DNA from: Planctomycetota bacterium
Lineage (GTDB): Bacteria; Planctomycetota; UBA8108; UBA1146
NCBI GenBank assembly: GCA_018694835.1
Contig: JABHOG010000007.1
Coordinates: 5,525-69,524, forward strand
Direction of reading: 5' to 3'
DNA: 64,000 bases
Numbering within the stretch: the stretch's first letter is position 1; every line of letters begins with the position of its first letter. Below the pieces are notes generated by a model. It searched no databases, had not been told where the DNA came from, and saw nothing but the letters and a program-made list of their open reading frames with translations. Of this stretch, positions 47,963-57,997 are shown piece after piece. Both the position numbers and the translations under genes were made by a program.

Positions 47963-49288
47963 GTGTCGACCCCGTTCTCTCCCTCCATCTCTCCCTCCAT
48001 CTCTCCCTCGATGACTCCTCGCCCGCTGATCCTCCACCTCGACATCGATGCCTTCTTCGCCTCGGTCGAACAGTTGCGGAATCCGCGACTCGCCGGACAG
48101 CCGGTGGCCGTCGGCAGTGGAGTCATCGCTTCCTGTTCGTACGAAGCGAGGGAGCACGGGTTGAAGGCGGGGATGCCACTCGGCCAGGCGCTCCGAAAAT
48201 GTCCACCACTGGTGATCGTACGTGGTCACGAATCGATCTACCGCTGTTACGCCACTCGAATGTTCGAGATCTGCCACAACTGGTCGCCACTGGTGGAAGA
48301 GCACCTCGACGAAGCGTACTGCGATCTGACTGGAACCGAACGAATCTATCCGGACCCCGCCAAAGAAATCGCCCGGCTACGCGCCCAGATTCATTCCACG
48401 ACCGGACTGACCGTCACGGCGGGACTCGGTCGTAACCGGATGTTCGCTCGACTCATCGGCAAGTTTCATAAACCGGACGGGCTCGGCTATCTGGAGCCGG
48501 AACAAGAGGAAGCCTTGCTCCTACGATTACCGGTGGAGAACTTACCCGGGGTGGGTCCTCGTACCGTAGAGATCCTCGCGAATCTCGGCATCGAGAAGGT
48601 TGAACAATTGCGCGAGCTCTCGCGCTCGGCTCTCGCCGGACTCCTCGGGCGAAACGGTGAGGCCCTGTACGAGCGCTGCCGAGGCGAAGATCATCGGCCC
48701 CTCGGTGGTCGCGAGATTCCACGATCGATCCAGCGTGGGACCTCCTTCGACGAGGACGTCTCCTGCCCTCGCACTCTCGATGCGATGATCGAATATCTGG
48801 CAGAACGAGCCGCCAGGAACCTGCGTCAGAGAGGCCTGGAAGCGGGAGGGATTTCGCTCCAGATTGCTCATAGTGATCACCGCCGCGATCGTCGCCGCAT
48901 CGTGCTGTCCCCTCCCACCGCCCTCGACCCTTCCATCATCCGGACCGCTCTGGCACTGCGCCGCTCGATGGAGGGGCGTCGCACCGCCATCCGCTTCGTC
49001 GGGATCCAGCTCGACCGCATCCGCCTCGCCGCCACATTTCAGCAGGGAGACCTGTTCGCCACCGATCTCGACACCCCACAGACAGATCCACAGACAAATC
49101 AGCGCTGGAAACGGATCCTCGAGCAAGTCGATCAAATCCGCATGCGCCACGGCCATGGAGCCTTACTTCGAGGCAGCGCCCTGGCGCTACAGTGCGGCGA
49201 CAACAGTGACGCCGAGAAAAGGGGCCGTGTCGGTCTCGAACGAGATCGACACGGACTCATCCTGCGCACCTCGTGCCTGACCCGCTGA
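47963..49288 (+). CDS. dinB: Y-family translesion DNA polymerase (Pol IV/DinB-like) with clamp motif and RecA-NT-like tail
   Basis: Motifs LHLDIDAFFASVE, SYEAR..G.KAGM, HLDEAYCD, HKPDG, LPGVG and QQGDLF. Start GTG 47963 (AAAGGA RBS) or ATG 48011. Confidence 0.9.
   Translation: MSTPFSPSISPSISPSMTPRPLILHLDIDAFFASVEQLRNPRLAGQPVAVGSGVIASCSYEAREHGLKAGMPLGQALRKCPPLVIVRGHESIYRCYATRMFEICHNWSPLVEEHLDEAYCDLTGTERIYPDPAKEIARLRAQIHSTTGLTVTAGLGRNRMFARLIGKFHKPDGLGYLEPEQEEALLLRLPVENLPGVGPRTVEILANLGIEKVEQLRELSRSALAGLLGRNGEALYERCRGEDHRPLGGREIPRSIQRGTSFDEDVSCPRTLDAMIEYLAERAARNLRQRGLEAGGISLQIAHSDHRRDRRRIVLSPPTALDPSIIRTALALRRSMEGRRTAIRFVGIQLDRIRLAATFQQGDLFATDLDTPQTDPQTNQRWKRILEQVDQIRMRHGHGALLRGSALALQCGDNSDAEKRGRVGLERDRHGLILRTSCLTR
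47977..48012 (+). repeat. 3 x 12-bp tandem repeat CTCTCCCTC(C/G)AT at the dinB 5' end
   Basis: Read directly from the sequence; encodes SPSI-SPSI-SPSM if the start is 47963. Confidence 0.85.
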
Positions 49289-49305
49289 CAACGGTTACCA
49301 TGCGG

Positions 49306-49326
49306 CACTCGACACTCGACACTCGA
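49306..49326. repeat. 3 x 7-bp tandem repeat CACTCGA just after the dinB stop
   Basis: Read directly from the sequence. Confidence 0.75.
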
Positions 49327-49418
49327 ACCATCTTCGCTGGAACCCACTGCGCTGCGACCATCGGGCTCCAGCAGCATCGGACTCCAGCAGTAGGAGTACC
49401 CGTCACCGGAGGAACTCG

Positions 49419-50438
49419 ATGACCTACTATGCTGCGTGCTGCCAGACCGATCAGCCAAACCCGCGCGATCGGGAACAGATGGCCGACAACACGACTCGTA
49501 TCATCGAGCAACTGGAACAGGCCGTGATCGGCTACCGCCCCTTTCATGATGTGAAACTGGTGGTCTTTCCCGAGTTCGCTCATGCGGCACCGATCTACGA
49601 GAGTGCCGAGGAGTTGAGCGAGAAGTTAGCGGTCGAGTTCCCCAATCGCCACACCGATCGTCTCGCCGACGCTGCCCGCAAGCATGGCGTGTGGATCCAG
49701 AGCGGTTCCTTCCTCGAGGTCGATCCGCGCTGGACCGATGCCCTCTTCAACTCCACCGTACTGATCTCGCCCGAGGGTGAAATCGTCAGTCGCTATCGAA
49801 AGGTCAATCCGTGGATCCCGTGGGAGGTTCACACCAGCCCCCACGACATCGAGGGATACGATGAGGATCTCTTTCCCGTCACCGAGACGGAGATCGGAAA
49901 ACTCGGTGTCGCCACCTGCTACGACTGGCTCTTTCCAGAGACCTGCAGAGAACTGACCCTCGGCGGTGCCGAGGTACTGATTCGCATCAGCGCCTACATG
50001 GATCCGTGGGGAGCTTCCGAGCCGATGGACTGGTGGACGGTGATCAATCGTTGCCGTGCCATCGAAAACCTGGCAGCGGTGGTCGCCTGTAACCAGGGAG
50101 CCTCAGCGAGTCATTACCCACCTTTCTCCTGGCCCGGTGCCAGCATGATCATCGATCCAGACGGTCGAATCCTGGCCCAGGCTCCCACCGGACCGGGACA
50201 GGCGACGGTGGTCGCTCCCGTTTCCCTCGACAACATCCGGCAACAGCGGCGGAGACGCTCCGGCCATGCGATGCCTGCACATCTGAGGTCCTCGGCCTAC
50301 CCGCTCCAGCGGCAGGAAATCTTCCCACCGCAGATCTTCCCACCGCAGATCTTCCCCCCGCAATCTTCCCATCGATCTCCCTCGATCGAATCTCTCGAGC
50401 AAAGTATCGAGGAGGCGAAGAAGCGGATCGGCTGGTAG
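49419..50438 (+). CDS. nitrilase-superfamily carbon-nitrogen hydrolase (amidase-like)
   Basis: Glu-Lys-Cys triad motifs VVFPEF, YRKVNP and ATCYDWLFPE; GGAGG RBS. Confidence 0.9.
   Translation: MTYYAACCQTDQPNPRDREQMADNTTRIIEQLEQAVIGYRPFHDVKLVVFPEFAHAAPIYESAEELSEKLAVEFPNRHTDRLADAARKHGVWIQSGSFLEVDPRWTDALFNSTVLISPEGEIVSRYRKVNPWIPWEVHTSPHDIEGYDEDLFPVTETEIGKLGVATCYDWLFPETCRELTLGGAEVLIRISAYMDPWGASEPMDWWTVINRCRAIENLAAVVACNQGASASHYPPFSWPGASMIIDPDGRILAQAPTGPGQATVVAPVSLDNIRQQRRRRSGHAMPAHLRSSAYPLQRQEIFPPQIFPPQIFPPQSSHRSPSIESLEQSIEEAKKRIGW
50319..50363 (+). repeat. 3 x 15-bp tandem repeat encoding IFPPQ near the hydrolase C-terminus
   Basis: Two copies of ATCTTCCCACCGCAG followed by ATCTTCCCCCCGCAA. Confidence 0.85.
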
Positions 50439-50513
50439 AAATGCTGGAAAGTGCTCCTCGCTCTGGCATCCTGCCCCTTCATTCTCCAGTCCCCCTCACA
50501 CTATGAGGTTGTG

Positions 50514-51716
50514 ATGACCGACCCTGACACCACACCCGCCGCCGGCGGTGAATCACCCAGGCATGATCTTTCTCGACTGAAGATCGATCGAACCCCCCGT
50601 ACCCCAAGTTCTCGCTGGCCGATCCTGCTGCCGTTGATGCTGATCGTCGGTTACATCGCCTGGAAAGAGATCCCTTCCCGCGTCCCATCACAGGACCCGG
50701 AGGTGATCACCAGTCGAGTGCAACGACGAGGTGGAGCCAGCGACCGCACGGGAGTCGCATCGAATGGTTACATCGTGCCGCGAAGGCGAGCATCCCTCTC
50801 CACCGATATTCCCGGCAGACTCATCGAGATGAATGTCGAGGAGGGTACCCGGGTCCAGCGAGGAGATGTTGTGGCGCGCCTCGACAGTCGAGAGTTGCAG
50901 GCTTCGCTGGCCCGGCTCGAGGCAGAGCGCGACGGCGGCCTGGCCGAGGAGGAGCGGGCTCGCCTCGCTCTCGAGCGGCAGCAGTCTCTCTCCAGTACCG
51001 ATGATCTGTCGCGCTCTGAACTCGATACGGCCCGGGCCACCGCACGAGCCGCCAGTGCGAGGGTCGCTTCACTGGAGGCTTCCATCTCCGAGATCGAGAC
51101 CCGCATCGACAAGTCGACCGTCTATGCACCCTTCTCCGGGGTGGTGGTCGAAAAGAACGCCGAGGTGGGTGAGGTGGTTTCCTCCATCGGCGGAGGGGCC
51201 AACGCACGTGGCTCGGTCGCCACGCTGGTCGATTTCGACACTCTCGAGGTACAGATCGAACTGGCCCAGACCACCCTCGATGCCGCTCGTATCGGTGCGC
51301 CGGTTCTGATCTACCTCGACGCCTATCCTCAACAGGGATACCGCGGTCGAATTCGTCAGGTCTGGCCCACTGCGAACCGCTCGAAGGCGACGGTCGAACT
51401 GCGGGCAGAGTTCATCGATCGGGATGAAAAACTGATCCCAGAACTGGGAGTTCGAGTCGTCTTCGTTCCAGAATCGGAAGCGAACCCGACCCCACCACAG
51501 GTACTGCTCCCGAAGAAAGCGCTGCTCCAGTCGGAGTCACCTACTGTCATGGTCGTTCGCAATGGAATCATCGAAGTCCGGACCATCACATTGAGGGATG
51601 ATCTCGGAGATGACCTCATCGAGGTGGGATCTGGCCTCATCGGAGGCGAAACGGTGGTGATCGATCCCGATCCCACACTGAAATCTGGCGACCGCGTTCA
51701 GGTGAGGAGACCCTAG
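50514..51716 (+). CDS. periplasmic adaptor (membrane fusion) subunit, MacA-like
   Basis: N-terminal TM, lipoyl halves VEEGTRVQRGDVVARLD and VYAPFSGVV, coiled-coil hairpin, and LKSGDRV at the end. Confidence 0.9.
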   Translation: MTDPDTTPAAGGESPRHDLSRLKIDRTPRTPSSRWPILLPLMLIVGYIAWKEIPSRVPSQDPEVITSRVQRRGGASDRTGVASNGYIVPRRRASLSTDIPGRLIEMNVEEGTRVQRGDVVARLDSRELQASLARLEAERDGGLAEEERARLALERQQSLSSTDDLSRSELDTARATARAASARVASLEASISEIETRIDKSTVYAPFSGVVVEKNAEVGEVVSSIGGGANARGSVATLVDFDTLEVQIELAQTTLDAARIGAPVLIYLDAYPQQGYRGRIRQVWPTANRSKATVELRAEFIDRDEKLIPELGVRVVFVPESEANPTPPQVLLPKKALLQSESPTVMVVRNGIIEVRTITLRDDLGDDLIEVGSGLIGGETVVIDPDPTLKSGDRVQVRRP

Positions 51717-52412
51717 ATGCCCGACAAATTCATCACCCTGAACAATGTCAGCAAGAGTTACACCCGTGGAGGAGAAACCCTCAAGGTTCTCGATCAACTC
51801 CAGCTGTCGATCGCTCGTGGCGATTTCGTGGCCCTGATGGGACCCAGCGGTTCGGGCAAGACCACCATCTTGAACCTGGTCGGAGGCCTCGATTCCTGCG
51901 ACTCCGGATCGGTCCATGTCGCCGACTCGGAGGTCAGTGCGATGTCTCGCAGTGAACTCCCAGCCTGGCGATCTCGCCATGTCGGTTTCGTCTTCCAGTC
52001 CTTCAACTTGCTGCCGGTCCTGACCGCCCTCGAAAATGTCATGCTACCGCTACAACTGACCCCACTGTCCGCCGCCGAGCGGAAGAAACAGGCCGCATTT
52101 GCCCTCGACATCGTCGGCCTCTCGGATCGAGCATCGCATCGCCCCACTCAACTCTCCGGTGGGCAGGAGCAAAGGGTCGCCATCGCCAGGGCGATCGCCA
52201 CCGACCCCGCCGTGATCATCGCCGATGAACCGACAGGAGATCTCGATCGCAGTAGTGCGGATGAAGTGCTGCAGATTCTCAGCCGTCTCAACAGTGAACT
52301 GGACAAGACCATCCTGATGGTGACCCACGACCTGGTAGCGGCGAAGAAGGCCAAGAGATTGCTCGAACTGGACAAGGGGCTGCTGGTGGAAGACCAGCAG
52401 CAGGAGGCCTGA
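51717..52412 (+). CDS. ABC transporter ATP-binding protein (MacB/LolD type)
   Basis: Walker A GPSGSGKT, GFVFQSFNL, LSGGQEQRVAIARA, ADEPTG and MVTHD. Confidence 0.95.
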   Translation: MPDKFITLNNVSKSYTRGGETLKVLDQLQLSIARGDFVALMGPSGSGKTTILNLVGGLDSCDSGSVHVADSEVSAMSRSELPAWRSRHVGFVFQSFNLLPVLTALENVMLPLQLTPLSAAERKKQAAFALDIVGLSDRASHRPTQLSGGQEQRVAIARAIATDPAVIIADEPTGDLDRSSADEVLQILSRLNSELDKTILMVTHDLVAAKKAKRLLELDKGLLVEDQQQEA

Positions 52413-53630
52413 GTGCAATTCCCCTTCCGACTGGCGATGCGCCACCTGATGGCGAGAAAGGCGCGAAATGGCCTGACCGTCCTGGCCATCTCCATCGCCG
52501 TGTTCTTGCTTTGCTTCCTCATCGCCGTGGTGCAAGGGATGGAGGAGGGTATTCGGAGCGCGTCATCCCATCGCCTGGTGACCCAGTCTGCAGTCAGTCT
52601 ATTTGTCGATCTTCCGACCTCATACCAGCAAAAGATCGACACCATCGATGGCGTGCACCTGACCACGAAGTTTCGCTGGTTTGGCGCCTACTACCAGGAA
52701 CGGAAGAACTTCTTCGCCCAGTTCGCGGTAGATCATCCACGATTCCTCGACATGTACACCAAGGACATCGAGATCATCGAAGCCGTGGGAGGAACGACCG
52801 GTCCGGCGGCAAGGGCTGCGGTACAGAAGGCGTTCTCCAGCGATCGCCGGGCGGCGATCATCGGGGTTGGCCTGCGAGATGGTGAACGATTCGGATTCCA
52901 GCTGGGAGACACGGTTCCATTGATTCCTTCCATCTACCCCCGTGCAGATGGAAACGCCTGGGAGTTCGTCATCGTCGGCATCTATCGGCCGCTCAAAGCT
53001 CGAATCCCCGACACCACGATGTACATCCGTGCGGACTACATCAACGAGGCTTTTGATAGCGGCGAGGCCCTCGGAAGTCGCGGAGCCGGAGTCTACTACG
53101 TCAACACTGAAGAGAGTGTCCCCATCGACCAGGTCGCCAAGGATATCGACGCGCTCTTTGCCAATGGTCCCCAGCGAACCCAGACCATCACCGAGGCTGC
53201 CTTTGCTTCTTTCTTTGTCTCCGCCATCGGCAACTTGCCGCTCTTTCTCGGCACCATCGGGGGAGCCGTTCTCTTCTCCATCTTCTTCTCGGTGGTCAAC
53301 ACCATGATGATCAGTGGAAGACAACGTCTCCAGGAATCTGGAATCTTGCAGGCTCTCGGATTCCGTCCCATCGTCAGCACCATGTTGCTGATCTGGGAAG
53401 GGTTGCTCATCTCCCTGCTCGGAGGAGGCATCGGCATCCTGCTGGCGTTGGCCACCGAAGGGAGTCTGATCCGGATCTTCGCCCAGAACATCCAGAACTA
53501 TCAGATCTCGGTACCGCTGATGTTGCTGGCGCTGGGCATCTCTGCGCTGCTGGGCATCGTTGCTGGATTAGCGGCGGGAATTCCGTTCCTCAGGTCGAGT
53601 CCGACCGATGCGTTGAGGAGTAGCGGATAA
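52413..53630 (+). CDS. ABC transporter permease (MacB/FtsX type)
   Basis: TM1, large periplasmic domain, then 3 TM; motif NTMMISGRQRLQESGILQALGF. Confidence 0.88.
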   Translation: MQFPFRLAMRHLMARKARNGLTVLAISIAVFLLCFLIAVVQGMEEGIRSASSHRLVTQSAVSLFVDLPTSYQQKIDTIDGVHLTTKFRWFGAYYQERKNFFAQFAVDHPRFLDMYTKDIEIIEAVGGTTGPAARAAVQKAFSSDRRAAIIGVGLRDGERFGFQLGDTVPLIPSIYPRADGNAWEFVIVGIYRPLKARIPDTTMYIRADYINEAFDSGEALGSRGAGVYYVNTEESVPIDQVAKDIDALFANGPQRTQTITEAAFASFFVSAIGNLPLFLGTIGGAVLFSIFFSVVNTMMISGRQRLQESGILQALGFRPIVSTMLLIWEGLLISLLGGGIGILLALATEGSLIRIFAQNIQNYQISVPLMLLALGISALLGIVAGLAAGIPFLRSSPTDALRSSG

Positions 53631-53631
53631 G

Positions 53632-54795
53632 ATGGCTTTACCCACCGGATACACGACCAGGAACCTGATGAGACGCCGTTCCCAGGTGCTCTTCACCGCC
53701 CTCGGCATCGCCTTCACCACTGCAGTGCTGTGCGGGATTCTGTCACTTCGAAATGGCTTCGAGCAGTTGTTCAGACCTCTCGGAGCGGAAGAAGTGGCGG
53801 TCTACCTGAGGATCGGGGCCACCTCCGAGGGAGACTCTGGCATCCCGCGAGAGTCCGCCCGCATCATCATCAAGGAACGCCCCGAGATCTTGCGAGATGA
53901 TCAGGGGAATCCACTGGCAGCCGCCGAGTGTTTCCTCGCCTTGTACATGGAGAAGATGAATGGTGGCCTGGTCAATGCTCCCCTGCGAGGCATCGAAGAA
54001 GCATCGCTGAAGCTCCACCCGACACCACCTCGATTACTCGAAGGACGATGGCCCGACTGGGGCAGCGACGAGGTCGTGGTCGGTAGACCACTGGTCTCGC
54101 GATTGAAGAACTGCTCGCTCGGAGACACCCTGACCCTCAACACCACGCCCTTCGCTGTCGTTGGTGTCTACGAGTTCGACAACTCCCAGGGGAGCGAGAT
54201 CTGGGGACCGGTCGAACGGATGCTCGAAGCTCTCGATCGCCCGGTCTACAACCGGGTCATCGCACGAGTCCACCCCGACCTCGATTTCGCAATGGCGACC
54301 GAGCAATTGGAGGAGGATCCCCGCCTCAGTTTCTCCATCACACGCCAGAGTGAATACCTCGCCGCCCAGACCACCGGACTCAGCACCTCACTACTGTTGC
54401 TGTCGATCTTTCTCACCATCATCATGGGGTCCGCTGCGGTGATCGGAACGATGAATACGATGCTGGCCACCGTCGCCTCCCGTACTCACGAGATCGGAAT
54501 CTTGCTGGCCATCGGCTACAGTCGGATCGAGGTGTTCCTCGCATTCTTGCTAGAATCTGCCCAGGTGGGTCTGATCGGCGGCATGATCGGCCTGCTGATG
54601 GTCGCACCCTTTCACGGCATCGAGACGGGCGCGGCCAATTTCAACACCTTCACCGACATCAGTTTTTCATTCCAGTTGTCCCCGACCATCGCCCTCACCT
54701 CGGTGCTACTCTCTTTCCTGCTCGGACTGATCGGTGGAGCGATTCCTGCGTGGATCGCCGCCAATCGCTCGGTCGTCGATGCCATCCGTCGCTAA
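53632..54795 (+). CDS. ABC transporter permease (MacB/FtsX type)
   Basis: Same topology; motif NTMLATVASRTHEIGILLAIGY. Confidence 0.88.
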   Translation: MALPTGYTTRNLMRRRSQVLFTALGIAFTTAVLCGILSLRNGFEQLFRPLGAEEVAVYLRIGATSEGDSGIPRESARIIIKERPEILRDDQGNPLAAAECFLALYMEKMNGGLVNAPLRGIEEASLKLHPTPPRLLEGRWPDWGSDEVVVGRPLVSRLKNCSLGDTLTLNTTPFAVVGVYEFDNSQGSEIWGPVERMLEALDRPVYNRVIARVHPDLDFAMATEQLEEDPRLSFSITRQSEYLAAQTTGLSTSLLLLSIFLTIIMGSAAVIGTMNTMLATVASRTHEIGILLAIGYSRIEVFLAFLLESAQVGLIGGMIGLLMVAPFHGIETGAANFNTFTDISFSFQLSPTIALTSVLLSFLLGLIGGAIPAWIAANRSVVDAIRR

Positions 54796-54897
54796 CCCTC
54801 TCCTTTTTCGGTTCCATTGCAGCCATCGACGCATCTTCTACAATGGTCCGCGTACCCAGGATCCGTTGAACGCGACTCATTACCCACCGGGGGCTGC

Positions 54898-55665
54898 TTG
54901 ACCGCCAACCATGCTGACGATCGATCTTCATCGCCAGACCCACTGATCTCAGTGGTGATTCCTGCGTACAACGAAGAGGAAGCACTGGGCCCACTGCTCG
55001 AGGAAGTCTTCGCCAGTCTCAGTGAACTGAGTGGAAGCCAGGAATTGAGTGGCGGGCAAGAGGTGATCGTCGTCAACGATGGTTCGACCGATGGCACCGA
55101 AGCGTTGCTGCGAAGGTACAAGGAAACTCAACCCACCTTGCGGATCCTCAATCTGATCCCCAACAGTGGACAGAGCGCCGCCTTCGAGGCTGGATTCAGA
55201 GCTGCGCGTGGCGAACTGATCATCACCATGGATGCCGACGGTCAAAATGATCCTGCCGACATGGGGTTGCTGATCGAAGCGAGCCCGGGTCTGGATGCAG
55301 TTCTGGGAGTGCGCGCAGATCGGCAGGACCCGTGGATCCGCAAGTTTGCCCAGCGCATCGCCAACTCGGTACGCAACACCTTGCTCGGCACTCGATTCCA
55401 GGATGTAGGTTGTTCACTGAAACTGTTCCGCCGCGAGATCATCCAGGACCTCACCCTCTATAACGGACTCCATCGCTTCTTCCCCTATCTCGTCGAGATG
55501 CGAGGAGGTCGAACGGTGGAGGTCAATGTCAGTCATCGAGCGCGTCAGTTGGGTACCAGCAAGTACTCTCCCCTCGGCCGTGGCATTCCGGCATTCCTCG
55601 ACCTGATGATGGTGCGACGGATGAAGAAGCGAGCGCTGCGCTACCATGTAGACGAGGTGCAATGA
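54898..55665 (+). CDS. GT2 polyprenyl-phosphate glycosyltransferase (ArnC/DPM1-like)
   Basis: Motifs ISVVIPAYNEE, VNDGSTDGT, GQSAA..AG, TMDADGQNDP, DVGCSLKLFRR and HRF. Start uncertain (TTG 54898; ORF open from 54817). Confidence 0.9.
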   Translation: MTANHADDRSSSPDPLISVVIPAYNEEEALGPLLEEVFASLSELSGSQELSGGQEVIVVNDGSTDGTEALLRRYKETQPTLRILNLIPNSGQSAAFEAGFRAARGELIITMDADGQNDPADMGLLIEASPGLDAVLGVRADRQDPWIRKFAQRIANSVRNTLLGTRFQDVGCSLKLFRREIIQDLTLYNGLHRFFPYLVEMRGGRTVEVNVSHRARQLGTSKYSPLGRGIPAFLDLMMVRRMKKRALRYHVDEVQ

Positions 55666-56066
55666 TGGAACTATCGGATCTCGCCCTGACGATATCACTG
55701 CTGGGGTCGATGGTGGCAGATGGATGGTGCGGGATCCTCGACCTGCTGGCACTCCACGATCCTCAGTCCGGCCGCGATTTCTTCGAGGAGTTCTGGCACA
55801 AGCTGAGCACTGATCGCTGGGTACTGGTCGGATACGGCGGGCAGGCGATCTTCTTCATGCGCTGGATCGTCCAGTGGTGGATCAGCGAAAAGGCCGGAAA
55901 GTCGGAGATCCCCGTCGCCTTCTGGTGGATCAGTATCACCGGCGGCTGCATCACCTTTGCCTATGCCATCGCCAGGATCGAACCGGTGCTCTTGCTGGGT
56001 CAATCACTGGCTCTGGTGATGTATTCGAGAAACCTGGCCCTCGTCTACCGGGAGAAATCGAAGTAG
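55662..56066 (+). CDS. lipid A biosynthesis N-terminal (LAB_N) domain small membrane protein
   Basis: Motif GYGGQAIFFMRWIVQWWISEKAGKSEIPVAFWWISITGG...YSRNL. Confidence 0.85.
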   Translation: MMELSDLALTISLLGSMVADGWCGILDLLALHDPQSGRDFFEEFWHKLSTDRWVLVGYGGQAIFFMRWIVQWWISEKAGKSEIPVAFWWISITGGCITFAYAIARIEPVLLLGQSLALVMYSRNLALVYREKSK

Positions 56067-56109
56067 TCAGTTCTACGGATGCTGTCGCGGCCGAATACTC
56101 GAGCGGACG

Positions 56110-57021
56110 TCAGAAGTTCCAACCGGTCGGTTGCATCAGGATCGCCACCCCCACGATGGCCAGAACCATCCCCAGAAATGCTGTCATCGAGATCTTTTTC
56201 CGCAGGAAGATCCCGACCAATAGCACCATGAAGATGGGTGTTGTCGACATCTGGGTGGTGGCGATGGCGAGGGAGTAATACTCGGCAGAAATGTGACTGA
56301 GCCAGATGCCGATGTAGGTTCCCAACACACTGGCGACGAAGATGCGCCCAGGAACTCCTCTCTGCATCAGTTTATTCTTCCAGCCGGGTAACGCACCACT
56401 GACTACTGCCACCAATAATCCTCCAACTACCGCGACTCCGATCCGAACCGCGGAGACCTCGAGGGCGGGAAACGACGACTTCATCACCACCTTCGACAGC
56501 GCGATCCCCAGCGACTGGCACGAGGCGGCAAAGATGCCCAGCAAGATTCCATCGCGAAGCGTTCCCTGGTGATGGCCCGATCGATCGCTCGCCAGATTGC
56601 GATCACGGATCACCATACTGATCCCTGCCAGTGTCACACCCATCGCCAGCAGGTGGACCGTCTCCAGCGATTCCGCCAGCCAGAACCAACCCAGCAGAGC
56701 AGAGATGGGAGGAGTCAGGGTGGTCAGCACCAGCGCCTTGCGCGGTCCGAGGATCTGGATGCTGCGGAAATAGGCGGAATCTCCGATGAGGATCCCCACC
56801 AATCCGCTCAGAATCAGCCACAGGTAATCGCTCCAGGGAGCCAGCGCCCAGACCTCCAGGCCGGCTCCGAAGAAGGGCACGCTGACCAGTAACAGAACTC
56901 CTGCGATGACATTTTTCCCCAGGTTCAGCGCTGCTGCCGGGGCATCAAGACGGCTGTAGATGAAACTTCCGCTGGCCCAGCAGGCCGCCGCAGTCAATCC
57001 CGCGATTTCTTCGAATTGCAT
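56110..57021 (-). CDS. DMT/EamA family transporter
   Basis: About 10 TM in two repeats; motif GILIGDSAYFRSIQILGPRKA. Confidence 0.88.
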   Translation of the reverse strand: MQFEEIAGLTAAACWASGSFIYSRLDAPAAALNLGKNVIAGVLLLVSVPFFGAGLEVWALAPWSDYLWLILSGLVGILIGDSAYFRSIQILGPRKALVLTTLTPPISALLGWFWLAESLETVHLLAMGVTLAGISMVIRDRNLASDRSGHHQGTLRDGILLGIFAASCQSLGIALSKVVMKSSFPALEVSAVRIGVAVVGGLLVAVVSGALPGWKNKLMQRGVPGRIFVASVLGTYIGIWLSHISAEYYSLAIATTQMSTTPIFMVLLVGIFLRKKISMTAFLGMVLAIVGVAILMQPTGWNF

Positions 57022-57221
57022 CCGTTGGCCCCCCGTCTCCCCTGCCAAGGCTACCTGTCGCCGACAGGGGGAGCGAGCCGCTTTGGTACTTTGCTTAGAA
57101 TTGAGCTAGACCTCCCACGACACACTCACGGTAGTCGCTTCCAACGGTGGACACCCGCACCTGTGCGTGCCATCTTCTGGCGGTGGAATCGTCAGTTGGT
57201 CGGGGTATCGGGGGAAATCGG

Positions 57222-57737
57222 TTGCGTTCTTTCTGGCTATTTCTGGCGTTGTTCGGTTTCTGGCTGCTCCTCTCCGGACAGTTCGAATCCCCATTCCTGA
57301 TCGGCTCCGGCATGGTGGCCAGTGCCGTGACGGTGCTGATCTGCCAACGACTCGATCTGATCAGCCCCCAATTCCAGCCACTGAGCTCGTTTCTGCGCTT
57401 CCTCCTCTACCTGCCATGGCTACTGCTGCAGATCGTGCGGGCCAGTTTCGATGTGATCATCCTGGCATGGTCTCCTCGCCCCAACATCTCCCCCAGGCTG
57501 GTCGAGGTCAGAACTCACCTCACTCATCCCCTCGCCCTGACACTGCTGGCCAACTCCATCACCCTGACTCCGGGAACGGTGACGGTCGACATCGACGACA
57601 AATCACTGCTGGTCCACGCCCTCGGCGAGAAGTCTGCCCGGGGCGTGCTCGACGGCTCGATGGAGAAGAGGATCAGCCCGATGATTCCACAGCGATGGGA
57701 CGGCGACGATGAGAGAGAAGAGGAGGTCTCCCGGTGA
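57222..57737 (+). CDS. mrpE: Mrp/Mnh Na+/H+ antiporter subunit E
   Basis: Motifs FWLLLSG, ISPRLV and LANSITLTPGTVTVD...LLVHAL. Start set to TTG 57222. Confidence 0.92.
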   Translation: MRSFWLFLALFGFWLLLSGQFESPFLIGSGMVASAVTVLICQRLDLISPQFQPLSSFLRFLLYLPWLLLQIVRASFDVIILAWSPRPNISPRLVEVRTHLTHPLALTLLANSITLTPGTVTVDIDDKSLLVHALGEKSARGVLDGSMEKRISPMIPQRWDGDDEREEEVSR

Positions 57738-57997
57738 ATGCGGAACTTCTGGCAGCACTGCTAGTACTCGGAGGAGCACTCCTCGCCGGCATCCGATCGG
57801 TGCTCGGGCCGACCTTCTACGACCGGGTACTGGCGGTTAACGTATTCGGAACCAAGGCCGTGATGTTGCTGGCCATCATCGGATTCATCGGAGACCGCAG
57901 CGGGTTCCTCGACATCGCCATCCTTTACGGATTGATCAATTTCATCGCCACCGTAGCCCTGCTGCGATTCGTTGAATCAGGGAGGTACAGTTCCTGA
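57734..57997 (+). CDS. mrpF: Mrp antiporter subunit F
   Basis: Motifs GPTFYDRVLAVN and LDIAILYGLINFIAT. Confidence 0.92.
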   Translation: MNAELLAALLVLGGALLAGIRSVLGPTFYDRVLAVNVFGTKAVMLLAIIGFIGDRSGFLDIAILYGLINFIATVALLRFVESGRYSS

